Assembly: GCF_036321535.1 (NCBI RefSeq)
Contig: NC_087436.1
Coordinates: forward strand, 81,408,001-81,472,000
Direction: 5' to 3'
Length of the DNA stretch: 64,000 nucleotides
Origin: Camelus dromedarius
Taxonomy: Eukaryota
In this document: piece after piece, positions 54,690-64,000 of the stretch
Layout: each line of letters starts with the position of its first letter
Numbering within the stretch: position 1 is the stretch's first letter
Notes under the pieces: generated by a model
Told to the model about the DNA's origin: nothing
Database searches by the model: none
The model's input: only the letters and a program-made list of their open reading frames with translations
Position numbers and translations under genes: made by a program

Positions 54690-56850
54690 GTTCAAAGAAA
54701 CAAAATCTGAGAAATTCCAGGGACTGCAAATAGGCTGGAATTCAGGAAATACAGTGAATTCTGGGAGATAATAAAAAGAAATCCACACCTAGTAACATGG
54801 GAGAGAAACAGCAGACAACCAAAGACCAAGAAAACAATTCCTAAATGAAAACAGAGAAAGGGACTGACTATGTCCAATGATGACTATCACACGGGCAGCT
54901 AATTATTCAACAGCAATATTGGAAACAAAAAGCCCATGGAATAACAGTTTTTAAACACTGGAAGAAAATAACTGACACTAAAATTCTATGTCCAACAAAG
55001 CTATCTTTCAAATAAGGGAAAACCAATCAGAAAAACAGAGTTTTATCATCAAAGACTCCCATTAAAGAACTTCTAAAGGATTTACCTCAGAAGGAAAGAA
55101 AATAATCTCAAAATAAAGGTTCAAATTGCAAGAAGTAATGATAAGCACAAAAATGATTATCATAAGGGTAAATCTAAACAAACTCTACCCGTATGCAGTC
55201 AAATGACAATAATGTCAATTTTTGCATCTAAATAAAGAGAACTAAAATACTAGGTGTAGACAGAATATTTAAATTGGTATCGTAATGGTCTAAATTAAAG
55301 TAGCACGTGTTAAGATTCTTGTGCATTCAGGAGAAAGATAAAAATTGTCTGAATTAAAACAGCAACTCTCCACCAATTGAACTATAGATCAATACAATTC
55401 CAATATAAATAATCAATAGGGACCACTTTATAGACATTAGCAAGTCAATTCTAAAATATTTAAGGAAGAGCAATGTTCATTAATAGCAAAGATACTTCTG
55501 AAGAAGACAAAAAAAGTGGATATTTACCTCACCCAATGTAAGTGTGTAGTATAGATTTGTCTTCACTAAGAAACTGTAGGAGTGGTATAGAGATGGACAA
55601 ACAAACCAGTGGAACAGAATATAGAGCCCAGAATCTGATACCCCTTCCCTCTAAATGTGAAAACATATGACAAAGACAGCATTATAGATCAATAAAGAAA
55701 GAAAAGCTAATCAGTAAATGGAACTGAAATCCCTCTTTCATACCATACACAAAAATCAATTCTAAGTGAACTTAAGGCTTAAATGCAAAAGATTAAGACA
55801 TTCACAGTAAAATTATTAGAGAATATAAAGGCATCAAAGGGTTCTTAAACAAGACATAAAACTACATGAACCATTAAAAAAAAAACAAACAAGATTGTGA
55901 AATTCCAAAATCACCATAAAATAAAATGGGAAAATAATCTAAATACAGGGAGAAGATATTTGCAACACGTAAAACTGACAAAGATTATGTGCCAGAATAT
56001 ATAAATAACTCGTACTAATTAGTTTTTTAAAATACAATAGAAAAAAATTGTTTTTAAAATACAAAAGATGTATTACCAAGGGGAAAATACTAATGGCCAG
56101 TAAACATAGGAAAAGACGCTTTACCCTCCTTTGTAAAGAAAACATGAAATAGGATTTTATATCCAAGAGATTGGTAACAAATTTAAAAACAAACCTAACA
56201 ATACCAAGAGTTGGTAAGGGTGTGGAGTAGACAGTTACATTTATATACTGCTATTCTGGAAATCAACCTGATGTTACAGTCAGGTTTAAAATGTGCACAC
56301 CTGTGAGCCCAGGAATTTATCATAAAGAATCTTGTCCAAATGTTCCTAGATACATATATTATTCATAGCACTATTGTTTATAAAAGCAAAAATGAAAACT
56401 CAATATATTCTCAGTGTATTCATAGGAGAATGGATTTATTGTAGAATATTCATAGACTGGTATACTATAGAGCAATGAAAATGAATGAACTATTTCTGAT
56501 GCATCAACATGGATAAATCTTAAAAATATACTGTTAACTTCAAAAAAAAGCAAGTCACAAAATAATAATACAATATGTAAAATGCATAAAACTAAACCAA
56601 ATGTTGCTTAGGGATCAATATGCATGTGTTAAAAATATGAGGAAGTCAAAGAGATTGTCAAAACATGTCTTTAGTACTGTGGTGACCTCTGGAGAGAAGA
56701 AAGAGTATGAGTGGGGAGGAACACACACAAAAAATTCAAAGGTATTGGTAATGTTCTATTTTTTAACCTGAGTAGTGATACATGTGTGTTCATGTTATTG
56801 GTCTTCTTCAAAAGCTGTATATTTAATATTAATTCACATATGCAATATAA
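54690..56850 (+). mobile_element. Old L1 (L1M-type) remnant: ORF1 end, ORF2 pieces and 3' UTR
   Basis: A-rich, with L1-like motifs such as tggaacagaatatagagcccagaa, cataccatacacaaaaatcaattc and ataccaagagttggtaagggtgtggag. No intact ORF. Confidence 0.75.
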
Positions 56851-59334
56851 AATATTTGGTAACTTTTAAAGTAAAAGTGTCTACCATGATGTAATTAACT
56901 GGGAGATCTCTCAAAAGAAAAGTATCTCAATAGTTGAATTATGAGCTTTTGCAGAGAGTTTAAAACATTTGATCTGAATAAAATTCAACTACTACATACT
57001 TTAAAATACATCTAATAAAGTAGCATATAAGTGTATACAATATTCAGAACTATTTATGGCTATCTAAATTTCTCAATGCTAAAAAAATGTGTTGAGTTTG
57101 TTTAGACATTAAAGATAAAGGGAGTAAGACCTCATTAATATTTTAGGTTTTGCTGTTGAGTTAGTTTATATATTAAGAAGATATGCATAGCTCATATTGC
57201 AAGGACTTTTATCAGTCATTTATTTTGAGAATGTCTTCATATAAATGAGAATATGTTGATTAAAAATAGTGTATGACTCCCAATGATGTATTGCATAGAT
57301 GTATACTATACATATTATATATCTAATAGATTTAGGTGTAATTTTATTGCCACTTTCAGATATGCCATTTTTAATAATAGGGAATTTGTTAAAACAAGTA
57401 ATCTGTCTTGCATTTTTAAGAGTTTAACTTTATGATACTCAGTGTTCATAATGTATTTGCTTAAAAAATACTGATTTAAACTTACCAACATGTTTGAAAT
57501 GATTAAAAGACCACATCCTACACTCGGTGGAGACACTTTTGAAAATAATTCCCACTTGCCCTTCAAAATGTTTTAAAATGTATCCCTATACAAGAGTGCC
57601 AGGAATAAATCAATATAAAAATACCAGGCTCAAGCATTGAAAGGGCATCTGCTATGAGACTTTTTAACATTAACAGCAACCCAAAGCTTTACTTATAGGG
57701 AATTTTGAAACCCAAGTTAAGAAATGATAATCAAGCAACTTATCTCAAGAAATGAATTCTGAGAAATGCTAATCTGTATTTAATAACTCAGTTGTGGAAA
57801 TCTGATTTGGTTTTCTTTAAAAACTTATGAAAAGTAATGAAAATCAATCATTTTCATTTATAGGTGGCAAATGTTCATTTTAGTCATCAATTATTCAAAT
57901 ACAATGAACTTCTGAAAAATCACAGAGTACGAAGGTAACAGATTAAGTCTATTTTCATCGATGTTGAAAATTAGCCAAAACTTAAGAACTGTTTAATGTT
58001 CATGTCCAAGGGCCAAATTCAAGTTTATAATTCATTGAGAATTAAAGAAATCCTGTTTTTTTTTTAATCTAAAGGAAATCAGTTTTTGTCAAACCAACAT
58101 ACTTATTAAATAGCATTAACATAAACATGAATGTGGTAAATTCATAGATGCTATTTAATAAAATGCTTATGTAGAAGACAAAACTGCAATATAGACATAA
58201 CATTTTTAGAAGTAAATGTGTTTTATATGTCATACCAAAAATATTTTCAGTAAGAATAGAAGTAAAAGTAGTGCAGCTTTATTTTTAACTAAATAAAACA
58301 TCTCATGTTAAGTTTTTTTATTCAACAAAAACTAATTGAGTGCCTACTTCAGTCATTTCATAAATTGGTTCTTTAATACATACAGAGAATATGTGTATGA
58401 AATTATATATATGTCATATATTAATCCCCAAAGTGAATGGCTAATCGCAATATGGTTAGGCTATATTAGTAATTAGGTTTATTTTAATTATACATTAAAA
58501 CCCCATTATTTTAGGTTCGATTTGGTTTGGTTTTGAATTATGATCCTTTAAGCAGAGGCTTTATCTTTAGTATGATGAGGAGATAATATTTTCATAAGTG
58601 ACAGTGTAGGAGGATACTTAACCGAAGAAAACAAGTTATACACCCATATACTAATCACACACTATCCATATCTTTTTAACACTTCAAAGCCTCTAGAATC
58701 TTTACTTGCTAATTATTAACTGCTTAAGAGGGGATCACCTTTACTTATCCAAGTGATACAAACTTGTTTCTTCAGATATTTTATATAATCATTACTAATT
58801 AATGAGGTTTTAATTTTGCACTTGTTAATAATGTGGAGAAAATGAAAGCAGGAATTGACATTATTATCGCTAGAAACTAAGTAAATGAGGAAAAGAATTT
58901 TAGAAGATCAATTTAAAATTGAAATTCATATGCATGCTCTCCAAATGTGCTAAAAATAAACTTACTGTATTTGTGGGTGAACATAAATCTATCTGATAAA
59001 AGATTTCCATGCCAAGTGACTTTCTTATGATATAAAAGCATAAATTTTCAGCCTTAAACTGAAAGATTTTATCATTTATTATCTAGCTGTGAATATAACT
59101 TAATTTTAAAACTTAAAAAAAATGGTAAAAAAGAGTATATCATTGTTATTAGTTTCATAGGACTGAATTAAGGCAGATCTTTTGATACCATGTTGAATGT
59201 TTCATATTTGATGCTGTATTATTCACATAAGATCTTGCTAGGAGACAAGGTTACTCTACCATAATGCCAGCTGGTAAATATTTGACATTGGAGTCTCACA
59301 GAACGCCTCTAAGGAGAGTGAATATACACCATCA

Positions 59335-59682
<348 letters not shown>

Positions 59683-61214
59683 CTAACAATGCCATTCAAT
59701 GCCATTCAATGCCACCTAATGTAAAACAATATTACTTTGCAATTATAATTCGGTGATTAATTTGGTTTCTGATTTTAAAAGGTCTAATTTGCATTCATCT
59801 ACTAGAATCCTACTGATTTGTATTGTAAATTATTCTAGATTGTGTTAATATGGGAAACATGCAAATTGGTTTCTTTTTCATTCTTTTGTACACCATACTT
59901 GGAGAAAAAAAAGAAAAGCTGAGCTGCCAGCAATCTTGGAGGAAAGGGTATCTTTTATAAAACACACTTACTCTGATCTATAAATATGAATAAATTTCCG
60001 GAAGTGAAATGCTAGCTCAAGAGTGAGTGTTTTGGAATATGCTGGCTCAGTTTAATTGATTCCAATCAAAGGAGCATGTTTCTAAACAGCAAGCCTTGTC
60101 TTTTTCTCATAAACATGGTTGCTTTGTAATGGTAAGAAATTCTGGCTTTCAAACTGAGATGGTTCAACATGAAATGAACAGCATGACTTGAAGACGTAAC
60201 ACTTCTTCTGAGACTGTGAATCAAAAGAAACCTGGAATTCAAGGTGAAATTACAGTGGTCTCTCTGATACTGCCAATTACCATCCAGAACTTAAAACCAG
60301 GAAGCGAGGGCAGAAGGTACTTGGGTGGGGGTGGAGGTGGAGACAAAATTGGAAAAGGCGAAGCAAGAAAGTGAAATCTCTCTCTTTAACTATACTTTGT
60401 TACTCACGTGTTCCTACTGAAAACTCAGGAAAAAAAAGATAGGTCATTCTTATGGGGGAAAATAACCTAGAAGAATAAGGGAAGTCGAGGGGGAACAAAT
60501 AGGGAAAGGCATTAAGATAGCAGCACACTATAGTTTTGCTCCACTTACTCTTCAAATTACATCCTGTAAGTTGGCAGTCACCTTAGAGAATTCCTCATGA
60601 GATTCTTTCCAGTGTGAAAATCTCACTCAGGTTAAACTCAAAGTTTCCAAAGTTTGACTTAACACCTAAACAGAGTGATCACTGCAAAGAAATGGTTACA
60701 GCTTTGAAGGTGATAAGCATACCCAGAGAAGCAAATTTGTTTTGCTTCCATTTTAGGAAAGCAAGTGACATGCAGAAGTATCAGGGAAAGATAGAGCAAA
60801 CAGTTGTGCAGCCCTTTATTATTAATGCATTTGTAATTCCAGATAATACCTGTCTCACAAGAGGTGAGTACTTTGATTAAAGGGGACAAAAGATCTCTGA
60901 AAATGTATTTGTTTTTGAATTGCAAATATTCTTATCATACTGTCCAAATGACCAGTCTGACTAAGTTGTTATTTATCATGTATGTACTTTTTATAGATAT
61001 TGTGGGAGAGAGAGAGAAAATAATAGAGCTAGAAACTCAATAAGCAAGATTTTTCTCTTTCCTGGATCCATTTAAACTTTTGGAAAAAGGCTGTTTCTGC
61101 CATAGACCTATCTGTAGTCAGAAAACATCTATTTTTATTTTTTATTTAATGTAAAAAAATCTGTTATCTCTGGCAAATACCCCTTTTTTTTTTTCTGCTG
61201 CAGAACTAACTTCA

Positions 61215-61392
61215 TTGCTTTCTAACTATATAACCTTGGCCAAGTTACTTCATCTTTCTTTTCATCCTCTAAAATGTGGATGATAAATGGTACTTATTAT
61301 GTAAAATGTTGTAAGACTTAAAACAATTGTGCTTGGTAAAGATCCTTCCACATTGTCTGGTCACAGGAAGTCCTCAATAAATGTTAGTTATG
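61215..61392 (+). mobile_element. MIR SINE
   Basis: accttggccaagttactt...catcctctaaaatg...ctcaataaatgttagtta. Confidence 0.65.
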
Positions 61393-64000
61393 TGTCCCTA
61401 TGCATTTTTATATGTGTGTGTGTATCTATGAATTAAATGTATATAAGAAAGGCTTATTTATTATTTATATAATGCTATATTGTATCTTATATTTATACAT
61501 ATAATTAAGAATTGTTTCCAATGAGGGAAGCTCGCTCATCACTCACTGAGTGATCCTTTTCACTGCTGAAACCACTTAGAAAGGCATTCCCTGTACTGAA
61601 TCACAGCTGACTCCATGGAAGGTCTCTTCATTATCTAAACAGGAATTACCCGGTTCCCTAATCCAAAAAATAACCTAAAAATATGCGAATTTATCTACAA
61701 TCCCTGACCACTCTTCTCCTAAAACTGGCAAATTTTCATCCTTCAGACTAAAATCCCTTCATTTTCACTCTCCCTCACATATGCCTTTAAACAACGGCAA
61801 CAACAATACAGCCGACAACCTGAGTGGAATCTTAGTCCCTATGTTGCTTCAGCCTCAATTGGCTCCAGACAGTTGTTGGTTTAATAACTGGTCTATCTCC
61901 TGGTTCTCATTTGTGTGGCTCTGTGGATACAGATATTCCAAGGTAAAAGGAGAATATTTTTAGAAATGTGTCCTCATATCAGAACCTAAAATAGACTTAA
62001 TAGAACACAAAGCTTTTGCATAAAAGTAATGCAGAGAGATATAAACTCTAGATCTGAACTACCAATGAATATATTGAATTCTATTTTCTTTATTTAATAT
62101 ATCTTTCCTGGGTAATAATACCCTGGAAATCCCTCCAACTTCCAATTTCCACTCAAACTTTCTTATTCCTGCAGATTATCCATGCTATGCCACTGAAGTG
62201 CTAAGCCTTGTATCTGGAAACGATAAACTCTATTATTACAAATTACCCAAGTGGAGTATATGCACATGAATCTATGTCGATTTTTATTATGAAAGACAGG
62301 ATTATTTCTCAAGAGAAAGCCATTTTACCAAATTTTATGAATCAGTCGTCACAACTATAACAGGAAACAGGTATTAAAGGGTTCGATACTAAATCCTGTT
62401 GGGACAATGGGTGGCAGTAAGCCTTCACTCAACTAATATGTGTATCTGTTTATCAGAGTGAGACTGGATTATTTTACGAAGTTTTCAAGATATTCCAATG
62501 AATACTGACTCTGCATACACCTAAGAAGAAATAGGGAAATTCAATCACAGTTGGAAACTGGATTTTGATGCTTTCTGAGATGATCTGATATGATATTTGG
62601 GTCTCCATAAAGTTTTGTACACGAATGCTGCCCAGATAGAATTCTGGTTGCTTTTATGATTCTGATTCATTACATTTCCCCTCCCACCATCAGTATTCCC
62701 ACAGGCAAAAAGCAGATTCATTTGCAGTTGTGACACTCAGAAACTGAGTCACTTTCCTTAGAAGGAATGTTAAATTTTGGTGTTACTAAAATAAACAGTC
62801 ATCAGTTTTCTAAGTGAGAAAATCTCAAGTGTACTATCATTTGTCAGGTATTAGATTAAATAAATTATCTTTTTTCTGCTCTATGCAAGAGATAGGAGTG
62901 ATATAATATAGGCCCTGGCAGTTTAAATCTAAATAAAGAAAGCACTTTATTGCTACTTCCACACTCTGCCTAATGGCTTGGATTGTGATCTATGATGAAA
63001 TATTTTTGGACTGTGTGAGCTTCAATCCAGCAACTGGATAAATGTTTCCTATCTAGGAGATTGTGAGGCTCTAACAACACAGTTGTGAGACCACACTGCT
63101 TTTCTCCTCAACCTAATTATATCTTCATTTAGCATAGGATTCAGACAATGGGTTTTGATAAATTTTCTTTCAACGAATACCTCCAAGTACAATAGCAAGA
63201 AGATTTAATATGGTTTTCTAAAATCAGAACACCATTCCTTTGAAAAGCTTGTTTTAAAAGTTATAAATTTAATTAGATATTTAACAAAAGCACATTGTTT
63301 TAAACTTCAGTGCAAAGATGGAGTTATAAAAGACTAGTGATACGCATAAATAAACAGAGAATGTACCTATTTTGCACTTGTGAATCTAAGTAAGAAAAGT
63401 AAAAAACTTTCATGGAACACAATGCTAAATATTTTAATGCCAGGAAATAGAGAAAGATTTTCTCCTTGAGTCTACTTATTCAACCTGCTTTTCTTTCTTT
63501 ATAACTTCTATGGTATCATTAATTTTTAGCCTTTATTTTAAAGATATTATAACCTTGACTCCCTTTTTTAACAAAACAAAAATATCCTTAAAAACTTATA
63601 ATAAAGAAGAAAACCTTTAGCTATATATTAAATTATATAAATCTTTAGTTTTATATTTAATTTATACTAAATTATAAATAAAACTGTAGACTAATGGATT
63701 TACAAAATATTCTGCCGTAAAAAGATTTAATAATTTTTTTACTGCATCAAACTTTTTAAAATTGTCATCTTTAAAATCCATGTAATTCTACAGTGTATAT
63801 AAATAAGGAATTTAAAGAAATCTTGATACTGAAAAAATGTTTTTCTTTAAACTTTCTATGTTCTGATGAACAAACAGTAGATGCTAGCTCTGAATATCTC
63901 ATGTCATCACCAAATTAAATACAAGCTCCCTGAAGATTCAGGTAATTATCCTTACTTCATTCTGTACGTCAACTCGAAGAAGTGCTTTAGTAAGTGACAA

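Noticed and set aside
59688..59714. caatgccatt repeated about 2.5 times upstream of the alternative exon
   Set aside because: Short tandem duplication with no motif I can assign. Conservation data would be needed.

Overview
Mammalian genomic DNA, AT-rich and repeat-rich. A Vic-1-like tRNA-derived SINE suggests a camelid. The window holds the 3' part of MAPK10 (JNK3) on the minus strand: six coding exons read by eye (59412-59483, 48286-48468, 44138-44262, 16042-16105, 14291-14368, and the terminal exon from 6497 or 6492), followed by a roughly 5 kb 3' UTR. The 5' exons lie beyond position 64000. Most ORF-track entries are chance ORFs. Notable RNA-processing signals are: (1) a UGA-CUAG readthrough stop with an intact 14-codon extension; (2) tandem acceptors giving the short and long JNK C-termini; (3) a U12-type intron; (4) an intact '[12 protein letters not shown]' alternative kinase-domain exon rather than the canonical JNK3 'VRHKILFPGRDY' exon; (5) a candidate intronic poly(A) isoform ending GTHSQ*; (6) a cluster of miR-137 seed sites. 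One intron also carries a fossil Mutator-like (MULE) transposase with possible TIRs and a TSD. All calls are manual, with no database search. Repeat boundaries and family names are approximate.
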